A stretch of DNA of 64,000 nucleotides from a virus. The first letter of the stretch is position 1. Each line of letters starts with the position of its first letter. The translations under genes and the position numbers were made by a program. The stretch lies in IMG/VR virus record IMGVR_UViG_3300024988_000006, one strand, 5' to 3'. The notes below the pieces were generated by a model. The model was not told the origin of the DNA. It worked only from the letters and a program-made list of their open reading frames with translations, and ran no database searches. This document shows, in pieces, positions 18,293-28,615 of this stretch.

Positions 18293-19987
18293 ATGGCAAA
18301 ATTCACAGATTATTTTCGCATAGTTACACAAAAACCAGAAACGACTGCTGTCCAAGACAGCCAGGGCGTCGATGGTCAATATGCTTCATATGGTAACTAC
18401 ACTTGGTACCAGCGACTTGTTCAAGGCTCTGCTACACGTTTAACACGATATCGTGAATATGACATCATGGATAATGATGTTGAAGTTACGCGGGCACTGG
18501 ATACCATTGCCGAAGAGATGACGGGCAAAAACACCAAGACTGATTTGGTGTTAGACATTGACATTCAAGCTGAAGACGGTCAAGATGTTCCCGACAACAT
18601 AGTGTTGACTGCTAGGGCAGCACTGCGTCATTGGTCTAACATTCACGATTTTCACAACAAATTATTTAAAATTGCTCGCAACACTATTAAGTACGGTGAC
18701 TGTTTTTTTAAGAAAGACACCAATCACAAAACGTGGGAGTGGATTCCACCCAACAACATTCTTGCTGCTGTTGTTGATGCTGAGGATGTTACCAAAATCG
18801 TTGGCTATCAAATACGCACTGATACCAAAAAGCCAAGGTCGGCGGGTGGAGGTGGAGGAGCTGGAACACCTGGCATGACAACAGTTTCAATGGGGCAGGA
18901 TTATCACACAGAATACTTACCTGCTGGGCAGGTTGTGCGTTTTACCCTAAATGACGATATGTCAGAGTCGGCACCATTTGGTGATTCTGTATTACGTAGC
19001 GTGTATCGTTCGCACAAACAAAAACAGTTACTTGAAGACGCTATCATAATCTATCGTATCCAACGCGCACCAGAGCGCCGTGCGTTCTATATTGATGTGG
19101 GTAAGATGCCGCCGCAACGTGTTAAAACATATCTAGAAACCATTAAGAACGAAATTCGTCAGAAAAAGATTCCATCGATGCAAGGCGGCCAAAGTTCCAT
19201 TGATTCCGTATATAACCCACAATCAATGACAGAGGACTTCTTCTTTGCATCGCGACCAGATGGTCGTGGATCTAAGGTTGAAACATTGCCTGGTGGGCAG
19301 GGGCTAGGTGAATTGTCCGATTTGGATTATTTTGCAGATAAAGTGTTACGTGGCTTGCGGGTGCCAATTTCTTGGATGAAGCCAGGCGCCGAGGGGGCTA
19401 TCTTCAACGATGGTAAAGTTGGAGCCTCGTATATCGAAGAACAACAATTTGCAAAGTTCGTTAAGCGTTTACAGGGATATATTGAAAAGGTTATTGATGA
19501 TGAATTCAAGCGTTATTTAAGGGCTTGTAATATCAATATCGATGAAAGTTATTATAAATTGAAACTGCCTGATCCAAACAACTTTGAAAAATATCGTCAG
19601 GCTGATATGGATTCTGCATTGTTAAGTTCCTACAGTAATGCTGATGGTGTTCAGTACTTAGCCAAGCGTTTCATCCTTTCACGTTATCTTCAGTTATCCG
19701 AAGATGAGATTATCACCAATGAGATGTTGCTTCGTCAAGAAAAAGGTCTCGATCCAGATGGTGGGGATGCTGACTTGCCAACCATTTACGGTGCAGGCGA
19801 CGAAGGATTGGGCATTGGCGGGGGATTGGGTGGCGGCGGTGGATTACCTCCTCTTGGCGGCCCCGCTGCACCTGGGGGTGAGGCTGGTGGACTAGAATTG
19901 GGCGGTGAAGCTGGAGCAACTCCAGGCGGCGCTGTGCCAGCAGGTGGTGGTGGCACCCCCGCACCAACCGGTGGCACACCAGTTTAA
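18293..19987 (+). CDS. gp20: Portal protein
   Basis: KQLLEDAIIIYRIQRAPERRAFYIDVGKMP, EDFFFASR.GRGSKVETLPGGQGLGE; Gly/Pro-rich tail. Confidence 0.95.
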   Translation: MAKFTDYFRIVTQKPETTAVQDSQGVDGQYASYGNYTWYQRLVQGSATRLTRYREYDIMDNDVEVTRALDTIAEEMTGKNTKTDLVLDIDIQAEDGQDVPDNIVLTARAALRHWSNIHDFHNKLFKIARNTIKYGDCFFKKDTNHKTWEWIPPNNILAAVVDAEDVTKIVGYQIRTDTKKPRSAGGGGGAGTPGMTTVSMGQDYHTEYLPAGQVVRFTLNDDMSESAPFGDSVLRSVYRSHKQKQLLEDAIIIYRIQRAPERRAFYIDVGKMPPQRVKTYLETIKNEIRQKKIPSMQGGQSSIDSVYNPQSMTEDFFFASRPDGRGSKVETLPGGQGLGELSDLDYFADKVLRGLRVPISWMKPGAEGAIFNDGKVGASYIEEQQFAKFVKRLQGYIEKVIDDEFKRYLRACNINIDESYYKLKLPDPNNFEKYRQADMDSALLSSYSNADGVQYLAKRFILSRYLQLSEDEIITNEMLLRQEKGLDPDGGDADLPTIYGAGDEGLGIGGGLGGGGGLPPLGGPAAPGGEAGGLELGGEAGATPGGAVPAGGGGTPAPTGGTPV

Positions 19988-20032
19988 ATCTTAAATTTTT
20001 AGGTCTAAAAAGTCCTGAATTATCAATAAGTT

Positions 20033-20065
20033 AAATAATCCATTGCAAAAACAATGGATTATTTT
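20033..20065. terminator. Perfect 13-bp hairpin after portal
   Basis: AAATAATCCATTG-CAAAAA-CAATGGATTATTT. Confidence 0.5.
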
Positions 20066-20108
20066 CTAAATATAAACATCAATCTATGATCTTAAAAGGA
20101 GATTTGCC

Positions 20109-20375
20109 ATGAAAGAAAAATTAAAGAGCATGCTTAATGCAATGATTAACGACAATGCAGAACAAGCACAAGTTGATTTTCACGAATTTGTGACCGCTAA
20201 GATGCGTGCCGTCCTTGGTGAAGAAGCAGAAAAGGATGAAAAAGAAGAAAAGTCCGACAAGGAAGAAAAGGACGAAAAGAAAGAAGACAAAGAAGAAAAG
20301 GACGAAAAGAAAGAAGAAAAGTCTGAAGAAGATGATGAAGATGAAGATGAAGAAGACAAGGAAGACAAGGAGTAA
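20109..20375 (+). CDS. Small acidic prohead core protein (gp67-like)
   Basis: Between portal and protease; E/D/K-rich low-complexity C-terminus. Confidence 0.6.
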   Translation: MKEKLKSMLNAMINDNAEQAQVDFHEFVTAKMRAVLGEEAEKDEKEEKSDKEEKDEKKEDKEEKDEKKEEKSEEDDEDEDEEDKEDKE

Positions 20376-20398
20376 TCCACTCAATTAAGGAGAACATA

Positions 20399-21034
20399 AT
20401 GAGTCCAGAATTACTAATTGAAGAGCTCTCCCCTGCTCAAAGTCATCTCATCGAAGAAGCATCAACTGACGGGAAAAATGTTTGGCTTAATGGTGTATTC
20501 ATGCAAGCTGACATTAAAAACCGAAACAATCGTGTATATCCACTTGATGAGATTGCTCGTGCAGTCACAGAAGCTCAACTACGCATCAAAGAATCTAATG
20601 GTATCTTTGGTGAGCTTGATCATCCCCAAACACTGAACATCAACCTTGATCGTATCTCGCATGCCATTACTGATTTGCGTATGGAAGGATCAAATGCTGT
20701 TGGTCGTGCAAAACTTTTACCAACTCCAATGGGTAACATTGCTCGCGCATTAGTCGAGAGTGGTGTTCGTCTTGGTGTTAGTTCTCGCGGTGCTGGTACA
20801 GTGAACGAAAGTGGTAATGTTAATGGTTTCAACTTTGTTACTGTTGATATTGTTGCTACACCTTCTGCCCCTGGTGCAATGCCAAATTCGGTTTATGAGT
20901 CGCTAGAAATGGTTAAAAGTGGGCGCAAAGTCCTTACACTAGCAGAACAGATGAAGGAAGATCCTGACGCTCAGATGTATTTCAAGCGTGAAATTGAGAA
21001 GTTTTTGCGCGAAAATTTGTTTGCGAAAAAGTAA
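20399..21034 (+). CDS. gp21: Prohead protease
   Basis: NRNNRVYP, GELDHP, GVSSRGAG, DIVATPSAPGA. Confidence 0.95.
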   Translation: MSPELLIEELSPAQSHLIEEASTDGKNVWLNGVFMQADIKNRNNRVYPLDEIARAVTEAQLRIKESNGIFGELDHPQTLNINLDRISHAITDLRMEGSNAVGRAKLLPTPMGNIARALVESGVRLGVSSRGAGTVNESGNVNGFNFVTVDIVATPSAPGAMPNSVYESLEMVKSGRKVLTLAEQMKEDPDAQMYFKREIEKFLRENLFAKK

Positions 21035-21134
21035 AATATTAAATTTTTAGTAAAAAACAGTAGTACGTAACGCGTTGTTTTATAAGGGTTTTTTAATACC
21101 ACGATTAAAAAATAACGCAATAAATACAACACGT

Positions 21135-21142
21135 TATAAATA
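21135..21142 (+). promoter_or_regulatory. Late promoter TATAAATA (scaffold/capsid)
   Basis: Exact consensus. Confidence 0.7.
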
Positions 21143-21171
21143 TTATTAACGATCTATAAGGAGATTTACAA

Positions 21172-22119
21172 ATGGAAGAACTTTTAAAGAAGCTACTCGA
21201 AGCTGAAATTCTTTCTGAAGATTCCAAAAAGGAATTAGAAGAAGCATTTAGTGCTCAAATGACTGAGGCTGTTGAAGCAGCTAAAAAGGAAGCTACTGAC
21301 ACAGTTCGTGCTGAACTTACTGAACAGTGGATTACTGAGAGAGATGCACTCATCGAAGCCATCGACACTAAAGTTAATGAGTTCTTGAGTGAAGAAATGA
21401 CAGAATTAAGAGGCGACATCTCGTCTTTCCGTGATTTGGAAGCTGAATATGCTGCTAAGTTAGTCGAAGCTAAAGAAGAGATGGGTGAAGAACTCAAGAC
21501 CGATTTGGCTGAGTTAGTTGAAAAACTTGATGCTTTCTTGGAAATCCGCCTTGGCGCCGAAATGGAAGAATTGAGAGAAGACATCGCTGAAGTTAAAAAA
21601 CTTGAGTTTGGTCGCAAAGTGTTTGAGTCTTTTGTTCGTGAATATCGTAAGAATTTCATTAGTGAAGACTCCATTGAAGCCGAACTTCGTGAATCGAAGG
21701 AACAGATCAGGACTCTTCAAGCTAAGTATGAAAATACAGAAGCTGCTAAAGAAGAAATGCGTCGTACCATCAAGATGGAATCGGTTCTCAAGCCACTTTC
21801 GGGCAAGCACCGTGACGTTATGGAGACACTTCTCAATAGTGTTGGTACTGATCAGCTTGAAGAAGGATACAAAACCTTTATTGGTCGCATATTTAAAGAT
21901 AGTACAGAAGTAGTAGAAGAAAAGAAGGACGAGTCAGAGAAGGAAAGTAAAGTACTTGCTGAAGGATCTGAAATTTCTCAAAAAGTAGAAGAGGGTGCCG
22001 TTGTTGTTAAGACAGGTGACACCACCCCAGTAGAAGAAGTTAAGGAAGAAGAAGAGATCGAAGTCAAGGCTTCGCCACTCACAGAATCCATGAGACGTCT
22101 CGCTGGATTAATTAATTAA
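21172..22119 (+). CDS. gp22: Prohead scaffolding/core protein
   Basis: Acidic coiled coil between protease and capsid; many L/I-X-E sites. Confidence 0.8.
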   Translation: MEELLKKLLEAEILSEDSKKELEEAFSAQMTEAVEAAKKEATDTVRAELTEQWITERDALIEAIDTKVNEFLSEEMTELRGDISSFRDLEAEYAAKLVEAKEEMGEELKTDLAELVEKLDAFLEIRLGAEMEELREDIAEVKKLEFGRKVFESFVREYRKNFISEDSIEAELRESKEQIRTLQAKYENTEAAKEEMRRTIKMESVLKPLSGKHRDVMETLLNSVGTDQLEEGYKTFIGRIFKDSTEVVEEKKDESEKESKVLAEGSEISQKVEEGAVVVKTGDTTPVEEVKEEEEIEVKASPLTESMRRLAGLIN

Positions 22120-22168
22120 TTAATTGATTGATTAATTTAAATTTAACCATATCTTAGGAGATATACAA

Positions 22169-23533
22169 ATGAATGAACTTTTTGAAAATTGGGCAGAGAT
22201 TAAGGGTGCTTTACTCGAAGGTCTTGATGCCAACAAGCGTAAGATTGTTGATCCTCTTTTAGAGAATCAAAAAAATCAGGTCTTATCTGAAACAGCAGCA
22301 GTTGGCTCCACCGATGCTCACGCAATCGCTGGTTTCCGTAAGATTTTAATCCCAATGATCCGTCGTATTATTCCTTCGACGATCGCAACCGAAATCGTTG
22401 GTGTTCAGCCAATGACAGGTCCTGTTGGTCTTGTGTATTCGTTACGCTACAAGTATAACGAAAACATGACTACTGCTGTTTCTCCAGAAGGTGATGTTCC
22501 AAACGCTGGCGATCCAAATGACTTTGAAGCTTTCGGTAACTTGAATGCTATGCGCCGTTTCTACTCTGGTGCTACTGATGCTGCTCAAGCTGCTGGTGCT
22601 GGTGGTATGGGTGCTCCTGCTCCTGGTGGTATCGCTGGTACTGCACAAGGTACAGCATGGCCTTCTAGCCTTGATGCTGCGTTCGTTGGTCCTTTTGGTG
22701 CCGCTGGTCCATTACATGGTGGTTCTGGTTCGTATCTTGAAGGTTCTGGTGGTCGTAAGATGGGTGTCGAAATCGTTTCGCAAGCTGTTGAATCTGGTAG
22801 CCGCAAGTTGCAAGCTGGTTGGACAATCGAAGCCATGCAGGATCTTCAGGCTCAGCATGGTCTTGACCTTGAAAATGAAATGACCCAAGCCCTTTCGGCT
22901 GAAATCGTTCAGGAAATCGACAACGAAATTATCACTGACCTTCTTGGTCTTGCTGGTACTGTTGCTGCTTTCGACGGTTCGCTTCCAGGTGCTCCAGGTT
23001 ACTACCGCCCAACCTTCGTTGGTGATCGTTTAGCTAACCTTGGCGTTATGATCAACTACGTCGCTAATGAAATCGGTCGTAAGACACGTCGCGGTGTTGG
23101 TAACTTCATCGTTGTTAGCCCAATGATCGTTTCTGTTCTTCAGTCGGCTAATAAGAGCGTGTTTGCTCCTGCAACTCAGGGCTCCTTCAAGGGTCCTAAC
23201 AACACAATGTTAGTTGGTACTTTAAACGGTACAATCAAGGTTTACAGCTACTTGTGGAACCAAGTTCAGGCTACTAACGTTGGTGGAACCGGTAACGATT
23301 CTATCCTTGTTGGTTACAAAGGCGGTAATGGTGAAACGGACAGCGGTTACTTCTACTGCCCATACATCCCATTGATGTCTTCTGGTGTTGTTATCAACCC
23401 AGTCACCTTCCAACCAGTCGTTTCCTTGATGACTCGTTATGGTAAAGCTACTTTCACCCAGAAGGAAACTTCTCTTGGTAACAGTGCTGACTACTACGGT
23501 AAGGTGAACGTTTCCGCAATGAGCCTTGCTTAA
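22169..23533 (+). CDS. gp23: Major capsid protein
   Basis: IATEIVGVQPMTGPVGLVYSLRY, SRKLQAGWTIEAMQDL, FYCPYIPL, TRYG. Confidence 0.96.
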   Translation: MNELFENWAEIKGALLEGLDANKRKIVDPLLENQKNQVLSETAAVGSTDAHAIAGFRKILIPMIRRIIPSTIATEIVGVQPMTGPVGLVYSLRYKYNENMTTAVSPEGDVPNAGDPNDFEAFGNLNAMRRFYSGATDAAQAAGAGGMGAPAPGGIAGTAQGTAWPSSLDAAFVGPFGAAGPLHGGSGSYLEGSGGRKMGVEIVSQAVESGSRKLQAGWTIEAMQDLQAQHGLDLENEMTQALSAEIVQEIDNEIITDLLGLAGTVAAFDGSLPGAPGYYRPTFVGDRLANLGVMINYVANEIGRKTRRGVGNFIVVSPMIVSVLQSANKSVFAPATQGSFKGPNNTMLVGTLNGTIKVYSYLWNQVQATNVGGTGNDSILVGYKGGNGETDSGYFYCPYIPLMSSGVVINPVTFQPVVSLMTRYGKATFTQKETSLGNSADYYGKVNVSAMSLA

Positions 23534-23557
23534 TTGTAGGTAAATCAGTAAAAACAA

Positions 23558-23584
23558 TAAAACCCGCTTCGGCGGGTTTTTTGT
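23558..23584 (+). terminator. Intrinsic terminator with UUCG loop
   Basis: AAACCCGC-TTCG-GCGGGTTTTTT. Confidence 0.9.
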
Positions 23585-23682
23585 TGTGTTGGGTTAGCAT
23601 GATGTATTGTACCCTTTAGTTTTTAGCAAATACCTCATCACACAACATAAATACTATAAATCAGTTTTGGGAAATTTGTCGC

Positions 23683-24012
23683 ATGAAAAAATTATCTTTC
23701 AAAGAATATTTGGAATCAAAAAATCAATTGCTTCAAGCAATTGAAGAATCCCCTATTCAAACAATATCATACGATGTCACATCGTATTGCAAACTCATTG
23801 TGGGTGAGCGGGAAGACAAACAACATATTTCGCTTAAACCAAAACAAACAATCGTCATAGAGTGGGAATATGCCGACATTAATACTACTCCCGATCCCAT
23901 ATCAATTCGCTTCGAAAATGTAAAAGAAGTAGACTCGCTTGAAGAATATACTACTTACTGGTCGGGCGACAAACTAAAAAAATGGCTCGGTAAAAACGCA
24001 ACCGAATTGTAA
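23683..24012 (+). CDS. Hypothetical late protein
   Basis: CATAAATA upstream at 23646; N-terminus MKKLSFKEYLE. Confidence 0.6.
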   Translation: MKKLSFKEYLESKNQLLQAIEESPIQTISYDVTSYCKLIVGEREDKQHISLKPKQTIVIEWEYADINTTPDPISIRFENVKEVDSLEEYTTYWSGDKLKKWLGKNATEL

Positions 24013-24115
24013 TTCACGCCACCAAGTATCCTCTGTTGTAAACACATAAATAGTAAAAAGTGCGACAAAAAGCGTCGTATCATAAATATATTAAATGTTA
24101 TAGAGGAGTAATTCC

Positions 24116-27073
24116 GTGAGCAATTTTGGTTTCTATCCAGATGCACCAAGCAAAATCCGCTACGAAGGTAGTCAGATCGTCATTAAATTTGAAAAAACAA
24201 GCCCAACAACAGCACGAATTTCATGGACCTTACCAGTAGGAGTACCTGATGATTCAGCCTACAACGGCATTGTTGTTGTAATTGATACTGTTGCCATTAA
24301 TCAGCAGCGAACAGTCGCAGATGGCACATACTACACTGGCGATCCAACGGTTGACACAAATCTGTTTGCTGGCGATAAGATTGATAGTGCTTATGTTATT
24401 GGTGCCTTTTATGATGACAAGACTACCACATATATTGACATTACGGGCATTAAAGACAACACACCGTATTATGTTGCTGGGTTTGCTGTCGATAATACAT
24501 GCCACTATCACACCGAGGGTGTGCATTCTTATTCGCAAAAATATGGCAGTAATGATAGTACGGATGATACACGTGGTTATCAGCTAGTCAACTTTGGTGT
24601 TAATGGTACTGATCCTACAGGTCTCGATCCACTAACTACTTATAGCTTCCAAATTACCGTAGATGGGTCCCATTTATTGGATTATAATACAGGCAATAAT
24701 GTTGTTATAACACCCGGAACGACCTACGACATCAACGTTTTGGGAAGCAATGCTGCAACGTTTGATGATTTGATTAATAACATTAACTTCCAGCTTGCTA
24801 CAGCAAGTAGCCCATTTCAAGGGGCTATGCCACCAAATACCGGTGCATATTACTACGATACCACGAACCAAAAGTTGTATCAGTGGGATGGTTCCGCGCT
24901 TGTGTTACTCGATCCTGTATTCAGTGCCACTGACCCAACAGTACAAGCTGTCGGAGCTTATTGGTTTGAACAAGACACAACTACGTTATATCAGTGGGAT
25001 GGTGCTGCTTGGGTACCTAAAACAGGCATCCACTATATTAAAGCTCCCAACGAACTAACATGTGACGATTTTTGGTTTGACGGTACCACTACATATGTGT
25101 GGGATAGTGTTATTTGGAAGCCTCTAGTTACCAAAATTCAAGAAACAGATCCTGCAGGTGTTCCACAACTTGTATGCAACTCTTATTGGTTCAATGAAAC
25201 CGATAACACTCTTTCTTACTGGAAAGATTATCTTGGTACATGTAATACCACAGATCCTGTCGCGGGGCACTGGGTTAACACTACTGCTATATTATGGGCA
25301 ACAGATACAAGAATTGCGGTTGTTGGTGAATATTGGTTTAACGAAACGACTAATACCATTAATGTTTGGAACGGTGCAAGTTGGGATGTGTTAACAAATG
25401 CGTTCTATGTTGGAACCACAGAACCAACATTACCTGCTGTTAATTTCGCATGGTATAACCCATCTACTGAAGAATTGCATGTTTGGAATGGTACAACATG
25501 GGTATTAACCGACATTCTTGTATGGACAAAGGATCCAACTGTAGCACTTGTTGGGGAGTTGTGGTGGAATACAACTACTGATGAATTATATATTTGGGAC
25601 CAGTTAACAGCGGCATGGAAAATTATACCAAACTTCACCGTTTCTGGTGTAGACCCTTCTCAACCTGCTGTTATGGCAGTAGATGATATTTGGTATGTGC
25701 CTTCTACACAAAAAATGTATCGTTGGGATGGTTCACAATGGTGCCTCGTAACTTATATCAATTGGGCAACTGACCCAACCATTGTTGCTAATGGTGATTA
25801 CTACTACAACACAGTCGAAGACAAGTGGTACATCTACAACGGAACCAATTGGGTGGCATTAACATACACACTCCATGATAGTAACCCTTCTGTGCCTGCT
25901 CTTGCAAGCTACTGGTTCAACACAGCCAACAATACGCTATGGCAATGGAACGGTGCTTGGGTTCCATTAATGTATTCAGTTACCGTGCCATCACCACCAA
26001 CTGGGACACTTTGGTATGATAATTCACACGTTCCTGGCACTCTATACTCATGGAATGGTACTGCCTGGGTTAGTCAGATTGCACCAGCTTTTGTCGTATT
26101 GAATGATGGCAATCTCGCCTTTTTCAGTGGAACACTCGGTAGTCAATCCACGATTTATATCGTGGATGGTACTTTTGTTGTCCCTCCATTCCCATTTGGT
26201 TTATTTGCATCATTAACACCCACTGGAAAGATTCAGATTCCTGTAAATGGCACAGATGGTGTATCAAATTATCCAACCTGGGCTATCGAAGGCATCGGCA
26301 CAGATGGTTCGTCCGACGAACGCCGTGATATGGCCGAAAACATTCTTCTTGAATTAGGATATCCTACGATTCAAGTTGAATTAACTAAGGAACAATTAGA
26401 TTTCTGTATTGATCAAGCTTTACAAGTTATTCGTCGTTCAAGCTCTACTGGTTACGAGCGTGTTTATTTCTTTATGGATCTCATGCCTGGTCAACAACAT
26501 TATATTATGTCGGATAAGGCCGTTGGTTTTAACAAAATTGTTAATATTATGGGTCTTTACAGAATGACATCTGCTTTCCTTGGTACAGCTGAAGGGCAAG
26601 GTGTCTATGGACAATTAGTATTACAACACTTATACCAAATGGGAACATTTGATTTGGTTTCGTACCACATCATCAACGAATATGTGGAATTGATGGAGAA
26701 ATTATTCGCCGCTAACTTGATGTATAAGTGGGACGAACGTAAGCGTAGGTTGAGCATTCAACAAAACTTATGGCGTAAGGAACGTATACTAGTTGATGCA
26801 ACTATCGAACGCACTGAACAAGACATACTTGGAGATCGTTTGTTGAATAACTGGATTCAAACATGGGCGACTGCCGAAGCTCGTATGATTCTTGCCGAAA
26901 TTCGTGGTAAGTACCAGTCATTACCAGGGGCTGGTGGTGGAATTGCGTTGAATGCTTCAGATTTAAGACAACAAGCTAACGCCGATTTCGAAAAATGCTG
27001 GCAGGAACTTGACGATTTCATTGCTACTGATATTGAAGAATATGGTCTAAATAGCACCATCATCATGGGCTAA
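24116..27073 (+). CDS. gp13: Neck protein (gp13-like C-terminus) with a large Trp-rich repeat extension
   Basis: C-terminal ELGYPTIQVELTKEQLDFCIDQAL...GKYQSLPGAGGGIALNASDL; about 11 YWFN..WDG..W repeats. Confidence 0.8.
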   Translation: MSNFGFYPDAPSKIRYEGSQIVIKFEKTSPTTARISWTLPVGVPDDSAYNGIVVVIDTVAINQQRTVADGTYYTGDPTVDTNLFAGDKIDSAYVIGAFYDDKTTTYIDITGIKDNTPYYVAGFAVDNTCHYHTEGVHSYSQKYGSNDSTDDTRGYQLVNFGVNGTDPTGLDPLTTYSFQITVDGSHLLDYNTGNNVVITPGTTYDINVLGSNAATFDDLINNINFQLATASSPFQGAMPPNTGAYYYDTTNQKLYQWDGSALVLLDPVFSATDPTVQAVGAYWFEQDTTTLYQWDGAAWVPKTGIHYIKAPNELTCDDFWFDGTTTYVWDSVIWKPLVTKIQETDPAGVPQLVCNSYWFNETDNTLSYWKDYLGTCNTTDPVAGHWVNTTAILWATDTRIAVVGEYWFNETTNTINVWNGASWDVLTNAFYVGTTEPTLPAVNFAWYNPSTEELHVWNGTTWVLTDILVWTKDPTVALVGELWWNTTTDELYIWDQLTAAWKIIPNFTVSGVDPSQPAVMAVDDIWYVPSTQKMYRWDGSQWCLVTYINWATDPTIVANGDYYYNTVEDKWYIYNGTNWVALTYTLHDSNPSVPALASYWFNTANNTLWQWNGAWVPLMYSVTVPSPPTGTLWYDNSHVPGTLYSWNGTAWVSQIAPAFVVLNDGNLAFFSGTLGSQSTIYIVDGTFVVPPFPFGLFASLTPTGKIQIPVNGTDGVSNYPTWAIEGIGTDGSSDERRDMAENILLELGYPTIQVELTKEQLDFCIDQALQVIRRSSSTGYERVYFFMDLMPGQQHYIMSDKAVGFNKIVNIMGLYRMTSAFLGTAEGQGVYGQLVLQHLYQMGTFDLVSYHIINEYVELMEKLFAANLMYKWDERKRRLSIQQNLWRKERILVDATIERTEQDILGDRLLNNWIQTWATAEARMILAEIRGKYQSLPGAGGGIALNASDLRQQANADFEKCWQELDDFIATDIEEYGLNSTIIMG

Positions 27074-27095
27074 TAACCAATACCGGAACATACAA

Positions 27096-28601
27096 ATGGC
27101 TATATACAACTACAATTTAGGAGATGATCCAGCAAACACAATGATGGGTGATTTGATCGCCGAGCATTTAAATATTGGTGGTGCACCTATAAATGTGTTT
27201 AAATTATTGGGTATACACGAACAGGGTAGATTGATTGATTTGACCGGAAACGGTAGTGCTATTTCCAGTGGCGAATATCCAGCCTTTCCAGCCATTAATG
27301 CCTTTTCAAATAATGGTGCTGACTGGCGGTCAACACAAAAAGGTGATCTTGTAACCAAACATGCTTATATTGGGTATGATTTTGGTCCAATCAAATTGGA
27401 TAACGGGCGCCTCCGTTATGGTATTGAGACGGAAGTTAAACAACACATTACAACTATTAAAATAAGTCAATCATGTGTCCAAACAAATAGAGTTACCAAG
27501 GCTCGTGTTGAGCGTTCGGACGATGATAAAGTTTGGTATGGAGTTGATATCATTGCTTTACCTGATGACTGTGATAACCACCAAATATCAATCAAACAAT
27601 CTGCACCAGCTAGATATTGGAGAATTCGACCATTAACCTTTAATGGAAGTGCCACAGATTTTTGGGGTGTGTGTTCATTAGAACTTATTGATTATGCATC
27701 AACAAACTTGTCCAACATTCAAGATGAAAATGGGTTCTTCGAAAATAGAGACAGAAACTACGCTAATGCCAGCTTGCAATTTAAAGGATTTTATGATTTA
27801 CAGGAGCCGGCTACTGACCTAACTCGTTTTGGTATGGATATGGGAATAACACAAGAATATGTTATTCGTGCTTCTTTCACTTCCATCGTGTCTGTACTTG
27901 GGCGGCCAGTTGTGATTGGTGACATCTTAGAAATTCCAAGTGAAACGCAATATACAGCTGAAATGAAGCCTGTTAAGAAGTTTTTGGAAGTAACAGACAC
28001 AACTTGGGCAACCGAAGGTTTTACCCCAGGTTGGAAACCTATGATTCAACGTATTACAGCCAAACCAATGCTTGCTAGTCAAGAAACAATGGATATTGTG
28101 GGTGATTTGAACTTACCAAATACCGATAACGACTTTGCACATCTTGAGCAAAGTGTTTTCAATATCGAAGGATTGCTTGGCGACCAAAAGGTACGAGAAT
28201 CTGCAAACACCCAGGTGCCTGAACGTGGTGGTGATCCTGATGACATACGTCAATTTACAGCAGAAGAGGTCGCGCAGGCTGCAGCTCAAGGTGTTAATAT
28301 TGCAAAACTTAACGTTAATCCTAATGGTCTGTATGTTGAAGATGGTTTACCACCTAATGGTTTACCGTACACAGAAGGTCCTACCTTCCCAACCAATCCA
28401 CTTGATGCTGCGTATCACAGACTCACATATGTTGGTTTAAGTGATCCAATTCCACCAAGATTATACAAATGGAGTTTGATGAAAAATCGTTGGATTTTCG
28501 TAGAAGAAGACAAACGGATGAGGTACAACGGCATTAAACCAAAATTACAAGAATTTTTACAAGATTCCACTGCTGTTCCAGCGGATAAAATTGTTAAATA
28601 A
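27096..28601 (+). CDS. gp14: Neck/head-completion protein (gp14-like) with an inserted discoidin (F5/8 type C)-like domain
   Basis: Follows gp13; AINAF..W.S...YIGYDFG...VERSDD..W...ARYWRI insert; GRPVVIGDILEIP. Confidence 0.7.
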   Translation: MAIYNYNLGDDPANTMMGDLIAEHLNIGGAPINVFKLLGIHEQGRLIDLTGNGSAISSGEYPAFPAINAFSNNGADWRSTQKGDLVTKHAYIGYDFGPIKLDNGRLRYGIETEVKQHITTIKISQSCVQTNRVTKARVERSDDDKVWYGVDIIALPDDCDNHQISIKQSAPARYWRIRPLTFNGSATDFWGVCSLELIDYASTNLSNIQDENGFFENRDRNYANASLQFKGFYDLQEPATDLTRFGMDMGITQEYVIRASFTSIVSVLGRPVVIGDILEIPSETQYTAEMKPVKKFLEVTDTTWATEGFTPGWKPMIQRITAKPMLASQETMDIVGDLNLPNTDNDFAHLEQSVFNIEGLLGDQKVRESANTQVPERGGDPDDIRQFTAEEVAQAAAQGVNIAKLNVNPNGLYVEDGLPPNGLPYTEGPTFPTNPLDAAYHRLTYVGLSDPIPPRLYKWSLMKNRWIFVEEDKRMRYNGIKPKLQEFLQDSTAVPADKIVK

Positions 28602-28615
28602 AGGGAACCTTTTTA

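Noticed and set aside
19700-19987. GC-rich stretch with alternative-frame ORFs
   Set aside because: Explained by the Gly/Pro/Ala-rich portal tail.
20121-20397. Several overlapping Phe/Ser/Leu-rich or Lys-rich ORFs and a GAAGAAAAG-type repeat
   Set aside because: Shadow frames of the E/D/K low-complexity tail of the prohead core gene; no spacers, so not CRISPR.
22110-22146. TTAA/ATTA tandem run after the scaffold gene
   Set aside because: Short AT-rich low-complexity spacer, too weak to call an origin or binding array.
24116-27073. Diversity-generating retroelement target in the fibre or neck genes
   Set aside because: No reverse transcriptase and no near-identical repeat pair differing only at adenines; the repeats differ mainly at third codon positions.
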